Shown: positions 1 through 9,238 of the stretch, in pieces | Layout of the letters: every line of letters starts with the position of its first letter | Numbering within the stretch: position 1 is the stretch's first letter | IMG/VR virus record: IMGVR_UViG_3300045988_084175 | DNA from: a virus | Length of the DNA: 34,151 nucleotides | Reading direction: 5' to 3' (one strand) | The notes under the pieces: generated by a model | Database searches by the model: none | Told to the model about the DNA's origin: nothing | What the model saw: the letters and a program-made list of their open reading frames with translations, nothing else | Position numbers and translations under genes: made by a program

Positions 1-1227
1 GAATATGAGCTGGACTCTGGGCAGGTTGAAGAAGCGATCAACGTCGTTAACGACGCAGCGATGGGCCAAGTCATCGGCAGCGAAACCCGGCAGCAGGTCA
101 TGAAAAAAGCGATCACGCAGCTGTCTGAAAAAGGCATCTACGGCTTTGTTGACCGTGCAGGGCGGCACTGGACGCCGGAGGCCTACATGGGCATGGTCGT
201 CCGGACGACGTCCCACAACACGATGATCGAATCAGTGAAAGCTAGACAGAAGGAATATCACAGCGACATTTTCCAGGTCAGCAGTCATTCCGGGGCACGG
301 CCTTTGTGCTATCCGTATCAGGGCAAGTTTTTCACCTGGAGCAGTGAAAGTGGCACCTTCACAGACGGTGACGGCAAGCGGCACAGCTACAAGCCGATCA
401 GCTCGACAAGTTACGGAAAGCCGGCTGGTTTATTCGGAATCAACTGTGGGCATAGACCCCTGCCGGTCATTCCAGGTGTGAGCTTTCCACAGGATAAACA
501 GATTCAAGACAAAGAAGCCAACAACAAGGAGTACGCCGAGCTGCAGAAAATGAGAGCGCTCGAAAGAGACGTCCGAGAAGCCAAGCGGAAGGCTCTGGCT
601 TACAAGGCGGCGGGACTAGATGATGAGTTTGCGGCGCAGAGTAAGAAAGTAAGAGAAGCACAGGCAGTCTATAATCAGTTCGCCAAAGCTGCTGGGCGCA
701 AAAAGAGACTTGATAGGACGCAGGTGGAAGGCTATACTAAAGATGTGATAGCACAGGCAGCTCGCATAAAAAAGCAGAGTGATGATGCTCTGAAGGCAAT
801 TAGCGGAGCGCGAATAGTTGATATCGACAGTAAAGAAGCACAGCAACATGCGGAGCGTTATTATGGGCTTGTGAGAAGTATGAAAACGGATGTGGCTAAG
901 GTTGCAAAAACCACTGGGAACACGCAGAAACAGATACGGGCAATAAAGCAGTATTTGTTTTTTGACGAGCATGATCTGGGTGGCGAAAAAGCTGAAAGGT
1001 TCGCACCTGACTGTGCGATAGCGCAGTCGTGGCAACGACTGACGGAAGGTAAACCAGAGCCACATGATTTGACCTTGATCAAGCATGAAATCATGGAAAA
1101 AGAATTGATGGATCAGGGGATGAGTCAACGAGAGGCTCATATCGTGACAAGCCGTAAATATAGTTATGAAAAGGAGGCGGATGCGTACTATGGTAACCTT
1201 AAAGCAAATAAAGATAAGCGAAAGTGA
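1..1227 (+). CDS. minor capsid / head morphogenesis protein (SPP1 gp7 / Mu F-like), 3' part; same gene as 33552..34151 across the circular junction
   Basis: Frame 1 is open from base 1 and in frame with the ORF-track ATG at 61. The motif GFVDRAGRHWTPEAYMGMVVRTTSHNTMIESVKARQ...ARPLCYPYQGKFF is typical of the Phage_Mu_F/SPP1 gp7 family. A K/E-rich coiled-coil C-terminus follows. The gene sits immediately after the portal gene. Confidence 0.75.
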   Translation, partial: EYELDSGQVEEAINVVNDAAMGQVIGSETRQQVMKKAITQLSEKGIYGFVDRAGRHWTPEAYMGMVVRTTSHNTMIESVKARQKEYHSDIFQVSSHSGARPLCYPYQGKFFTWSSESGTFTDGDGKRHSYKPISSTSYGKPAGLFGINCGHRPLPVIPGVSFPQDKQIQDKEANNKEYAELQKMRALERDVREAKRKALAYKAAGLDDEFAAQSKKVREAQAVYNQFAKAAGRKKRLDRTQVEGYTKDVIAQAARIKKQSDDALKAISGARIVDIDSKEAQQHAERYYGLVRSMKTDVAKVAKTTGNTQKQIRAIKQYLFFDEHDLGGEKAERFAPDCAIAQSWQRLTEGKPEPHDLTLIKHEIMEKELMDQGMSQREAHIVTSRKYSYEKEADAYYGNLKANKDKRK

Positions 1228-1426
1228 AGCGTCCGCTTATTATTACCCGGAGGATTCGACCGATCCTGGTTTTTTGGTTATTGATCTTTTAACCGAAGAA
1301 GTGAAACACATTGATAGAGCGCCAGGCTATGAGTATGGGATGTCTGCAAGTCATGCACGGCGCGAGTTGGTACGTATGGCAAAAGCTGGAGATAAACGTA
1401 CTGAGCGTGTGGTCATGTGGTATTGA
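1181..1426 (+). CDS. hypothetical small protein (start ambiguous among 1166, 1181 and 1190)
   Basis: ORF 1166..1426 has AAGGAGG at 1171-1177. Candidate starts are ATG 1181 (3-nt spacer) and ATG 1190 (12-nt spacer). It overlaps the 3' end of the gp7-like gene. No recognisable motif. Confidence 0.4.
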   Translation: MRTMVTLKQIKISESEASAYYYPEDSTDPGFLVIDLLTEEVKHIDRAPGYEYGMSASHARRELVRMAKAGDKRTERVVMWY

Positions 1427-1448
1427 TTGAAAATTTAAATTGAAGAGT

Positions 1449-1476
1449 AAGCCACCTGCAATAGGCGGCTTTTTTG
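1449..1476 (+). terminator. rho-independent terminator after the head-morphogenesis operon
   Basis: Imperfect stem aagccacc/ggcggctt (1449-1471) followed by TTTTTTG. Confidence 0.5.
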
Positions 1477-1497
1477 CGCTTGAAAGGAGGACTAATT

Positions 1498-1707
1498 TTG
1501 AGCTGTCAACATGAATTTATAGGAACCCGCGAAGGCGTGCGCTGCGAAAAGTGCGGCCTTTTTTTTACGCCTGAAGAGTACACAAATCTCCAGGTAAGAC
1601 GGGAGAAAGGAGGAAGAAAAGAGGGTGAACGAGTTTCAACGGATGCTGGCCTTCCTGAAGGTCCTGCAGTGCAATCTGGCCGTTCTTCATCACGGCGTAA
1701 GCGGTGA
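1498..1707 (+). CDS. possible small Cys/His-containing protein (TTG start), overlaps the next gene by about 80 nt
   Basis: AAAGGAGGA at 1483-1491 is followed 6 nt later by TTG 1498. It encodes LSCQHEFIGTREGVRCEKCG... (C-x-H...CxxC). The long overlap with the 1625 gene lowers confidence. Confidence 0.25.
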   Translation: MSCQHEFIGTREGVRCEKCGLFFTPEEYTNLQVRREKGGRKEGERVSTDAGLPEGPAVQSGRSSSRRKR

Positions 1708-2068
1708 GGGATGGTTCGAGGTTCACGGGTACCTGGATGATGTACAGGAGAAGCTGGCTGAGCTCACCGACGACCTGATCGAGGCTGGGATCGCGCTGGG
1801 GTTTACTGAACCAACCATCGCGGACGCTATTCTGCTGTTTCAGCGCGATGTTTTGCCTGCTGTGAAGCGAGAAAGAAAAGAAACCTATTCCATTACCCGC
1901 GAAGCCTTCCGCAGCACTGCGGGGCTGATGCAGAGCGCAGAGGGCATCGTCCCGGCAAGCGTGGCCAACAGGCTGCAAGAGTGCGAGTACTGGCTGAACA
2001 AGGAAGCCGACTACAAGCTGGCTGGTGCGCTGGGCAGCGGCGGCGAAAGACACGATGACGACGATTAG
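1625..2068 (+). CDS. Dps/ferritin-like four-helix-bundle protein (tentative)
   Basis: GTG start with AAAGGAGGA 10 nt upstream. The stretch NLAVLHHGVSGEGWFEVHGYLDDVQEKLAELTDDLIEAGIALGFTEP follows the Dps pattern hW..G..F..H....D......e..Ae...A.G. ECEYWLNKEADYKLA resembles the Dps C-terminus. Ends in an acidic DDDD tail. Confidence 0.45.
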   Translation: MNEFQRMLAFLKVLQCNLAVLHHGVSGEGWFEVHGYLDDVQEKLAELTDDLIEAGIALGFTEPTIADAILLFQRDVLPAVKRERKETYSITREAFRSTAGLMQSAEGIVPASVANRLQECEYWLNKEADYKLAGALGSGGERHDDDD

Positions 2069-2183
2069 GAGGTGATCCGCATCTCCCGCCGCAGGGTTAA
2101 GCGGCAACGCGTCCAGCGGATGGACGGTAAAGGCCCGTGTCGCCCCACGTCTGGGGGCGGTAAAGAAAGGACGGAAAAAAGAA

Positions 2184-2669
2184 ATGGCACTTTTTAAACG
2201 AAAGGATCTGGAAGGCAAGGGACTGACTGCCGATCAGATCGACTACATCATGACAGAATCTGGCCGGGCACTGGCGGCTGACTATATCCCACGTTCATCA
2301 CTGCAGGATGAGGTGGACAAGGCACTGAAGGACCACAAGCCAGACGTTGATCTGTCAACTAATGAAGAGTACCTGAAGGTAGTCGGCGAACGCGACATGC
2401 TGCGCGCGCTGGGTTCCGAAGACTATGCCGGCGTCAAGCCGAAGTTCCGCGAAGCTGTTTACAAGCTGATTAATCGCGATGAAAAAGCGGAACCCGTTAA
2501 AGAACAGATGGCGAAGATTGCTAAGGACTACGAAGAGTACTTCGTCCCGGAGGAAGATCCGGGAAAAGTCGCGCCGAGGTTCGGCGCAGACGTCGCAGGC
2601 GGCATGCCGAAGGGCACGCAGAAGAACACCTTCGAGAGCGTCTGGGGCTTTGGCAAGAAAGGAGACTAA
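2184..2669 (+). CDS. phage scaffolding protein (GP20-like minor structural protein family)
   Basis: N-terminus MALFKRKDLEGKGLTADQIDYIMTESGRA matches the scaffold motif KxDLexlGLTdEQIDaIM. Small acidic protein immediately upstream of the major capsid gene. Confidence 0.75.
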   Translation: MALFKRKDLEGKGLTADQIDYIMTESGRALAADYIPRSSLQDEVDKALKDHKPDVDLSTNEEYLKVVGERDMLRALGSEDYAGVKPKFREAVYKLINRDEKAEPVKEQMAKIAKDYEEYFVPEEDPGKVAPRFGADVAGGMPKGTQKNTFESVWGFGKKGD

Positions 2670-2672
2670 GAA

Positions 2673-3869
2673 ATGCCTGAATTTAATCAACAGACTTTGA
2701 ATTACACTACAGAATATAGCAAAGCCATGGCCAATGCGTATCCGTATTGGTCTTATTTTTCGGATCTGTACGGATCCCCGAATAGTGCAACCTACAAGCC
2801 GCTGGGGGGCAAGGCCATTGCGGTGCAGGGAATGACCGTGTCTGGCGCACGTTCCGTTGATCGTGACAATCTTGACGGCAAATTTACCCGCAATTTCAAC
2901 ACAGATCAGCAGATCCTGAAGATGCGGATGGATCGCGAATGGGACACTTTGGTGGATCCGATGGATATGAGAGAGGATGCGATCGTTACGATTGCGAACA
3001 TTACGCAGACCTTCAATCAGTTTCAAAAAATGCCTGAACAGGATGCTTATGCGGTTGCTCAACTCTACGAAGCAGCCTCCAGCTTTGGTACGGTGGACAA
3101 TACTTCTATGACCAAAGATAACATTTTAGAAACTTGGGATACCTATCTGGCCTACATGGTTGACAATCGCGTACCGCGAGATCGAATCCGCGTAAAAATG
3201 ACACCGAGTACCTACAAGCTGCTGAAAGAGGCCGCCGGTATCACTCGTTTTGTTGAAGCGGACACGGGGATCCGGAATATTGACCGCAATGTTGGCAAGC
3301 TGGATGGTGTTCTGATCGCTGAGGTTCCGAGTGACATCATGATGAGCACCTATGACTTCACGCAGGGCTGGGTCGCTGCGTCTGGTGCGAGTCAGGTCAA
3401 TATGGTTATGTACGACCCGCTGGCCATCGCTGCGCCGGTTGTCTATGATGTGTCGATGATGAGCGCCCCGACAGCGCAGAGCAAGGGCAAGTGGCTTTAT
3501 TACGAACGCTACTACTATGATGTTTTTGTCCTGAACAACCGCAAAACTGGCATTCTGGCTAACCTGGCGGCGCTTCCGTCGTTGGGTTCTGTTCAGTTCT
3601 CCACTTCGGCCGGATCGTCCTCGACACTGACCGTGATCAACGGCCTGCCGGCTGCGCCGTTTGGTATGCAGTATGTGGCTAAGAGCCAGGCGGCTGCTAC
3701 ACCGCTGCCGGCTTATGGAGAAAGTTTGACGTCAGGCTGGACACCGATTCAGAACGGATCGGCAATCACCACAGCTGATTCCCAATACATCGTCGTCGCT
3801 CTTGTCAATAAAACGAAAAACAACGCAGCAGTCGCTGCGTCGGCTGTTGCTGCCGTCGTTGGTTCCTAG
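2673..3869 (+). CDS. major capsid protein with a C-terminal Ig-like decoration domain
   Basis: 398 aa, located between scaffold and connector genes, RBS AAAGGAGA. The C-terminal roughly 100 aa (LGSVQFSTSAGSSSTLTVINGLPAAP...TTADSQYIVVALVNKT) look like a Big_2/Ig-like fold. High expression context. Confidence 0.8.
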   Translation: MPEFNQQTLNYTTEYSKAMANAYPYWSYFSDLYGSPNSATYKPLGGKAIAVQGMTVSGARSVDRDNLDGKFTRNFNTDQQILKMRMDREWDTLVDPMDMREDAIVTIANITQTFNQFQKMPEQDAYAVAQLYEAASSFGTVDNTSMTKDNILETWDTYLAYMVDNRVPRDRIRVKMTPSTYKLLKEAAGITRFVEADTGIRNIDRNVGKLDGVLIAEVPSDIMMSTYDFTQGWVAASGASQVNMVMYDPLAIAAPVVYDVSMMSAPTAQSKGKWLYYERYYYDVFVLNNRKTGILANLAALPSLGSVQFSTSAGSSSTLTVINGLPAAPFGMQYVAKSQAAATPLPAYGESLTSGWTPIQNGSAITTADSQYIVVALVNKTKNNAAVAASAVAAVVGS

Positions 3870-3887
3870 TGGGAGGAGGTGAGCCGA

Positions 3888-4322
3888 ATGGCTTACATCA
3901 CCCTCGAAGAATACGCCGAACTGTATGGCCAGCCAACCATCAGTGAAGCGGACTTCCCAGTCTATGCCAGTCAGGCGAGCGATCTGATCGATTCAATCAC
4001 GCAGTACAGGATCATCCAAGCGGGAGGGCTTAACGTCTTCCCGCCGCTGGTCCAGCAGCTGGTCGCAAAGGCAACCGCTGCACAAGTCCTTTACTTCATC
4101 CAGAACGGAGGGATCGAGACTGTCCTGAGCGGTCAGACTGGCGCCGGTTATACAGTGGGGAAAGTCCACATTGACGGCGCGGGAGCCTCGGGCGGGGCTC
4201 AGACGGCGGCCCAGATGATGATCAGCCCGTTGGCCGTTACCTTCCTTGAACAGACAGGACTGATGGAAAGGAGGATCCGATGCTTAGACCCTTACCAGCC
4301 GCCTTACTACGGGACTTGGTGA
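3888..4322 (+). CDS. head-tail connector protein (gp6-like, Phage_connect_1)
   Basis: RBS GGGAGGAGGTG then ATG 3888. N-terminus MAYITLEEYAELYG is typical of gp6-like connector proteins. Directly follows the MCP. Confidence 0.65.
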   Translation: MAYITLEEYAELYGQPTISEADFPVYASQASDLIDSITQYRIIQAGGLNVFPPLVQQLVAKATAAQVLYFIQNGGIETVLSGQTGAGYTVGKVHIDGAGASGGAQTAAQMMISPLAVTFLEQTGLMERRIRCLDPYQPPYYGTW

Positions 4323-4663
4323 CGATTAAGGTCTGCACTGGCGTTGACGCCTGGCAGAAGGCAACGTGGCAGGAGTACACCGTCAGCCGTGTCCACCTTC
4401 AAAACACAAATGAGGTGAAAAAAAGTAAGGATAACACCGAAATCGTCCTAAGATCTATCCTGTTCATCGATAACACCCGATCAACGCCGGTGCTGGACTA
4501 TGACAGCTTAGCGGATCAGAGTCTGACTGCTGGCCGTCCTATGCGGGCGATCGTTCAGAATGCCTCCGGCCAGACGGTCGGGGAGTTCGAAGTGCTGACC
4601 GTAGACCCAGTGCCGGACATTCCAGCAACCCGGGTTCACCACATCGAGCTGGGGCTGGTCTGA
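4280..4663 (+). CDS. head-tail adaptor / head-closure protein
   Basis: RBS GAAAGGAGGA 5 nt before ATG 4280. Call is by size and synteny (SPP1 gp15/gp16 position). Overlaps its neighbour by 42 nt. Confidence 0.55.
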   Translation: MLRPLPAALLRDLVTIKVCTGVDAWQKATWQEYTVSRVHLQNTNEVKKSKDNTEIVLRSILFIDNTRSTPVLDYDSLADQSLTAGRPMRAIVQNASGQTVGEFEVLTVDPVPDIPATRVHHIELGLV

Positions 4664-5034
4664 TGATGAAGATCAAGACGAACACGGCCGCCTGGAAGCG
4701 TTTCATTGATCGCGCCGCAGACTTTTCCGCAGCCGCTGTGGCCGAACAAATGATGACCGATTGCTCAGACCTCATCCCGGACGACGGAGAGCACCTTCTG
4801 GTTAAATCTGGAAGGGTTGAAGCGCCGGAGAAAGGGAGCCGCGATCTTGTCTGGCGTAAAGTCTACGCCGGGTATCAGTACTTCGGCATCCGAGCCGACG
4901 GGACTCATAAGGTCCGCAACTACACCACCCCAGGTACCGGGAAGCTATGGGTTGAAGTAGCGCAGGCGGTGAACGGGAAAAACTGGGAAAAGGCAGCCCA
5001 GAATGCCTTTGCGCAAAGGATGAAAGAACAATGA
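4663..5034 (+). CDS. HK97 gp10-family tail component
   Basis: ATGA start overlap with the previous gene. The motif VRNYTTPGTGKLW plus the length (123 aa) fit the HK97 gp10 family. Confidence 0.6.
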   Translation: MMKIKTNTAAWKRFIDRAADFSAAAVAEQMMTDCSDLIPDDGEHLLVKSGRVEAPEKGSRDLVWRKVYAGYQYFGIRADGTHKVRNYTTPGTGKLWVEVAQAVNGKNWEKAAQNAFAQRMKEQ

Positions 5035-5429
5035 TTAATGAAGTCATGAATGTCGTTCGGACAATGGTTCAGCAGCTGGTCAGCATGCCAGTCGTGGTCG
5101 GATCAATGCCGCCAGAGGAAGGCTACGCGGTAGGCTATGCAGGAGGCGCACCGATCGAGACATTTCGGACACTGAATGCCAACTACACGCTGCCAATCGT
5201 GTTTAACGGGAAAAGCGCTGACCAGCAGAAGCTGGTGGAAGAGATGGACCGAGTTCACCTGGTCCTAACCACTTCCAAGGTACTCCCATTTTCGGACGAC
5301 TGGCAGATATACTCAATAACAACCTCAGCAGCTCCGCAGTTGCTGGGAAGAGAAGAAAACCGGAATTGGATTTATGGATCCAGCCTCCGGGTGCTTTTTT
5401 ACATGAGAGGAGTGAAAACAAATGCCTGA
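5031..5429 (+). CDS. tail terminator / tail-to-head joining protein (by synteny)
   Basis: ATGA overlap start. 132 aa immediately upstream of the major tail protein. Confidence 0.5.
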   Translation: MINEVMNVVRTMVQQLVSMPVVVGSMPPEEGYAVGYAGGAPIETFRTLNANYTLPIVFNGKSADQQKLVEEMDRVHLVLTTSKVLPFSDDWQIYSITTSAAPQLLGREENRNWIYGSSLRVLFYMRGVKTNA

Positions 5430-6162
5430 TAACTTTGCACAGGTCGCGCATGCGATCCAGGCAGAACTTGACATCACGCCGAACGGCGAAAGCCGCACGT
5501 GGGCTACGTTTGGCGAAGGAGTCGAAAACATCGCCGAGGCGCTGAACGAAGTTGTACAGCAATACTTTTTCTTTGCTCAGAAGGGCTACGCAACTAACTA
5601 CGTCACCGGGCAAGCACCGGCATATACTTGTACTGGTCGTCGGATCATCGGCGACCCAGCTCAGGACTGGATTTTCAACGGAGCCCGCAAATTTGGGCTG
5701 ATGGCTGAACGAAATACTAACTTTAGACTGTCACAGGGACAGGCAGATGGAACGATTCAGCAGATCACCTGTCCTGTTACGATCGCAAATGTCACAGACA
5801 TCGGCGGCGCAACTACTGACATCTCTCCGATTTCTTTTGAAGTGCGATTCAATGGAAAGCCAACTCTGTCTACCGTCACGCCAGTAACGACGCTGACTGT
5901 TCAGAGTGTTGCAGGTACTGCGACTGGTGATACTGCGCTGAGCGTTACGCCTGCGGAAGCGTCCGCGGGCTGTAAATACGTTTGGTCTTACGGCAAAATA
6001 GCGCCAGAAGCCACCGTTGGCCAGGTGCTGACCGGCTGGAACGATTTTGTGCCTGGAGACTATACAATCCCATCCGGTGACAATGTCGTCGTGGCTATGG
6101 TTAATACAGCGACGAGCGTCGTTGTTGCTACTGGAAAGACTACAGCCACAACAAAAGAATAA
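5422..6162 (+). CDS. major tail protein with a C-terminal Ig-like domain
   Basis: RBS GAGAGGAG. 246 aa with a T/V-rich C-terminal Ig-like region (TLTVQSVAGTATGDTALSVTPAEASAGCKYVW). Followed by a strong terminator. Lies between tail-completion and chaperone genes. Confidence 0.75.
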   Translation: MPDNFAQVAHAIQAELDITPNGESRTWATFGEGVENIAEALNEVVQQYFFFAQKGYATNYVTGQAPAYTCTGRRIIGDPAQDWIFNGARKFGLMAERNTNFRLSQGQADGTIQQITCPVTIANVTDIGGATTDISPISFEVRFNGKPTLSTVTPVTTLTVQSVAGTATGDTALSVTPAEASAGCKYVWSYGKIAPEATVGQVLTGWNDFVPGDYTIPSGDNVVVAMVNTATSVVVATGKTTATTKE

Positions 6163-6164
6163 TT

Positions 6165-6190
6165 GAGCCCCGTTTGGGGCTCTTTTTTTG
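6165..6190 (+). terminator. rho-independent terminator after the major tail gene
   Basis: gagcccc-gttt-ggggctc stem-loop followed by TTTTTTT. Confidence 0.75.
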
Positions 6191-6210
6191 AATTGAAGGA
6201 GGTACGAATT

Positions 6211-6609
6211 ATGTATGAGGTAAAAAAGACAGAAACCATCAAGGAGCAAGCGAGGTTTACAGACAGCCAGGGAAACGAGTTGGTCATCAACGTGATCATC
6301 AACCCGATGGTGATTGCCAGAAAGGCATCCGTCGAACTGGTAGAAGTCAGAGACCTGCAGAAAAAGGCGAAAATGAGTCCAAATGACGTCCGATTGGCCG
6401 AAGAACTGGGGGACGCGACTCTGAGAATGTTGGAAACCGTTCTGGGTGCAAACAACACCCAGAGCCTGATGCACTTTTATGAGGAAGACATGCTGGCAAT
6501 GGTGATGGACGTCATGCCGTTTATCCTTGAAGTTCTGTACCCGAAGATCTTGGCTAGCAGCAAGGAAGCCGCAAAAAGGACGCGTCGCCGCCACTTCTTT
6601 AACCGATGA
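6211..6609 (+). CDS. tail assembly chaperone (gpG-like position)
   Basis: RBS GAAGGAGG 8 nt before ATG 6211. 133 aa, between the major tail and tape measure genes. Confidence 0.6.
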   Translation: MYEVKKTETIKEQARFTDSQGNELVINVIINPMVIARKASVELVEVRDLQKKAKMSPNDVRLAEELGDATLRMLETVLGANNTQSLMHFYEEDMLAMVMDVMPFILEVLYPKILASSKEAAKRTRRRHFFNR

Positions 6610-7196
6610 GGGACCTATACTCCGACTACCTCCACGAGGTTGAGGTGGGCGGCCGTAGGGTGAAGGTCTGGCCTTCGTTCGACGTGGTGATCCAGATCAT
6701 CGATCTGCAGAGAAACAAGGCGATCACGATTGAGGACTACGTGTTCACGGCGGCAGAATTGCTAACCGGTAAACGTTATCCGCTGCGTGTGTCGGCGGCG
6801 ATCGTCACGGAAACGATGGAGAAATTGGGCAGCTCAGAAAAGAGGGTGCAGGATGCCTTTTTCAGCTTTACGCAAGACGCCTTTCTCATTTACGCAGCCT
6901 TCCGGCAGGCATACGGGATAGACCTGCACGCAGAGCGTGGAAAGATGCACTTCACCGAGTTTGTGGCACTGTTCTCAGCACTACCGGAGGACACACGCCT
7001 GAGCAAGGTCATGAGCGTCCGAGCTCAGCCGATCCCGGCTATGAATAAGAACAACGCCAAACAGGTCCAGCAACTGATCCGCATGAAGACCCTATGGCGG
7101 CTCAAACCGGAGGAAGGAGATGAGGAAGAGAGCATGCAGAACGGCCTGCAGAAGATCTTCCGTACTCTTCAATTCATGGCAAAAGGAGGTGGTTAA
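6606..7196 (+). CDS. second tail assembly chaperone (gpT-like position, Gp15-like)
   Basis: ATGA overlap with the upstream chaperone gene. Lies in the -1 frame relative to it, but separated by an in-frame TAA, so independently initiated. 196 aa. Confidence 0.55.
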   Translation: MRDLYSDYLHEVEVGGRRVKVWPSFDVVIQIIDLQRNKAITIEDYVFTAAELLTGKRYPLRVSAAIVTETMEKLGSSEKRVQDAFFSFTQDAFLIYAAFRQAYGIDLHAERGKMHFTEFVALFSALPEDTRLSKVMSVRAQPIPAMNKNNAKQVQQLIRMKTLWRLKPEEGDEEESMQNGLQKIFRTLQFMAKGGG

Positions 7197-7198
7197 TT

Positions 7199-9238
7199 TT
7201 GCCAAGCAACGAAGTGGGTGAGGTCGTCTATAAGGCAACTATAGATACAGATGGCCTAACCCAAGACATCAAAGAAGCAGAAAAAGATATAAAAAAGACC
7301 GATCTGGGAGATACTCTTTCGGATCAGGCCCAGAAGGCCGCAGACGACGTCGAGCAGTCCACAAATGAGATGGGCGAATCGTTCAAAGGTGCTGGCGATA
7401 AGTCCGGAGCCATGCAGGTGGCTATCGGCAACGCTATGGCCGCCGCCGCTGATGCGGTGATCGATCTGGGGGCCAAGGTCATTGACGTAGCGGCCGACTA
7501 CTCCACCGCCGTCGGTCAGATGCAGGCCGCAACCGGCGTGAGTACAGAGGAAATGGGCAAGTACGAGGAAGCTCTGAAAAGTGTCTATGCGGCCGGCTAT
7601 GGGGAATCGTTCGAGGACGTGGCCAACTCCATTGCTAAGGTCACACAGAATCTCGGCGACATGGACCAGTCCGCCCTCGAAAAGGTCACGGAGGACGCCT
7701 ACGCCCTGGCTGATGTCTTCGGCTACGACATCGCCGAAAGTACCAGATCCGCGAAGGCGATGATGGACAACTTCGGAATTGACTCTGAAAAAGCCTTCAA
7801 CCTGATAGCCACAGGCGCACAGAATGGTCTGGACTACTCAGGCGAGCTACTTGACAATATTAGCGAATATTCTGTTCAGTTTAGCAAGGTAGGTCTAGGC
7901 GCGGAGGAGATGTTCGCGATCTTCCAGGCAGGCGCTGACTCTGGTGCATTTAACCTGGATAAGATCGGCGACGCCGTCAAAGAGCTGGCCATTCGAGTGG
8001 TTGACGGTTCAGATTCAACGAAAGAAGGATTCCAGCTATTGGGGCTGGACGCCGATGCGATGGCCGCCAAGTTCGCGGCCGGAGGTGATACGGCAAAGCA
8101 GGCCTTCCAGGAAACCATGGCGGCCTTGAACAAACTTCAGGATCCGTTGACCAAAAATCAGGCCGGTGTTGACCTGTTTGGGACCATGTGGGAGGATTTG
8201 GGCGACGAAGCAGTCCAGGCGTTGGGCGATATTGAGGACAGCGCTTACGAGACTGCTGATGGTATGGAACAGATTCAAGACGTCCGCTACGACGACCTAG
8301 GATCGATGCTGGAAACACTTTCCCGACAGTTTGAGCTGCTGGCAATTCCTCTTGGTGAAGCGTTCATTCCGCTTATCTCTGAGCTGGCCGAGGGCGTCCT
8401 GCCGATCTTGGAGGCGGTGCTGGAGCCTATCGTTTCTATCGTTGCGTCCCTGGCGGAGCCAATCGGTGCGATCCTTGCGGCACTGACGCCGCTGATTATC
8501 ATGATCGCTGAAACGCTGACGCCAGTTATCACGATGTTGGGCGAGACGATCGCCACTATCTTCGGGGCAGCGGCTCAGGTCATCGGCGAGACTATCGGCG
8601 TTATCCTCACTTACATGCAGCCGGTCGTCGACTTTTTAACGCAGGTGCTCATGCCAGTCTGGCAAACGACATTCGACGCGGTTGGGCAAGTGTTCCAAAC
8701 AGCAGCCACCCTGATCGGCGGGATCGCCGAGAACTTAAAGACCATCTTTGGCGGGATCATCGATTTCATTGCTGGAGTGTTTACAGGAGACTGGGATCGC
8801 GCTTGGAATGGGATCAAAGACATCTTCCGTGGGATCATCAATCAGGTTCCGACGATCCTCGAATCCGTCATTAATGGAGCCATTGACCTGATCAACGGTA
8901 TGATCAATGGGGTCAACTCACTGACCGGAAAGATCGGCATCCCAGCGATCCCGAACATCGGCCATGTGACCTTGCCGCGCTTAAAGGGTGGTATCGATTA
9001 CGTCCCTGGCGACTTCTTCCCAGCCTTTTTGGATAAGGGCGAGATGGTCCTGACGGCTGAGGAAGCACAGAAGGTACGAGGCATCGGCGGCGTCGCTGCA
9101 CTGGACTCCACCAGCTACGGAGGAGGGCCGCAGCGGCCGATTCAGATCAACGTCCCGCTATCGATGGATGGTCGGGAGGTAGCAAGAGCCACTGCATGGT
9201 GGATGGGCGAGCAGTTGCCCTGGGAGGATATGAACTGA
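7199..9238 (+). CDS. tail tape measure protein
   Basis: TTG start 5 nt after AAAGGAGGTGG. 679 aa, A/G-rich with coiled-coil and hydrophobic stretches (IPLISELAEGVLPILEAVLEPIVSIVASLAEPIGAILAALTPLIIMIAETL). The longest gene in the tail module. Confidence 0.85.
   Translation: MPSNEVGEVVYKATIDTDGLTQDIKEAEKDIKKTDLGDTLSDQAQKAADDVEQSTNEMGESFKGAGDKSGAMQVAIGNAMAAAADAVIDLGAKVIDVAADYSTAVGQMQAATGVSTEEMGKYEEALKSVYAAGYGESFEDVANSIAKVTQNLGDMDQSALEKVTEDAYALADVFGYDIAESTRSAKAMMDNFGIDSEKAFNLIATGAQNGLDYSGELLDNISEYSVQFSKVGLGAEEMFAIFQAGADSGAFNLDKIGDAVKELAIRVVDGSDSTKEGFQLLGLDADAMAAKFAAGGDTAKQAFQETMAALNKLQDPLTKNQAGVDLFGTMWEDLGDEAVQALGDIEDSAYETADGMEQIQDVRYDDLGSMLETLSRQFELLAIPLGEAFIPLISELAEGVLPILEAVLEPIVSIVASLAEPIGAILAALTPLIIMIAETLTPVITMLGETIATIFGAAAQVIGETIGVILTYMQPVVDFLTQVLMPVWQTTFDAVGQVFQTAATLIGGIAENLKTIFGGIIDFIAGVFTGDWDRAWNGIKDIFRGIINQVPTILESVINGAIDLINGMINGVNSLTGKIGIPAIPNIGHVTLPRLKGGIDYVPGDFFPAFLDKGEMVLTAEEAQKVRGIGGVAALDSTSYGGGPQRPIQINVPLSMDGREVARATAWWMGEQLPWEDMN

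Noticed and set aside
1474-1497. ORF-track start at 1474 (MRLKGG...)
   Set aside because: That start lies within the terminator T-run and the RBS itself. The plausible start, if the ORF is real, is TTG 1498.
2069-2183. GC-rich hairpin (cgcccca-n4-tgggggcg) and mini-ORF between the Dps-like and scaffold genes
   Set aside because: No T-tract, so it is not a terminator. The 25-codon ORF lacks an RBS and overlaps the scaffold start. The region is probably just a structured leader.
6560-6610. Programmed -1 frameshift fusing the two tail assembly chaperone ORFs (a G-T-like arrangement)
   Set aside because: The downstream ORF is in the -1 frame, but that frame carries a TAA stop at 6600-6602, only one codon before its ATG. 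A frameshift fusion is therefore impossible. ATGA-coupled independent initiation is the simpler reading.
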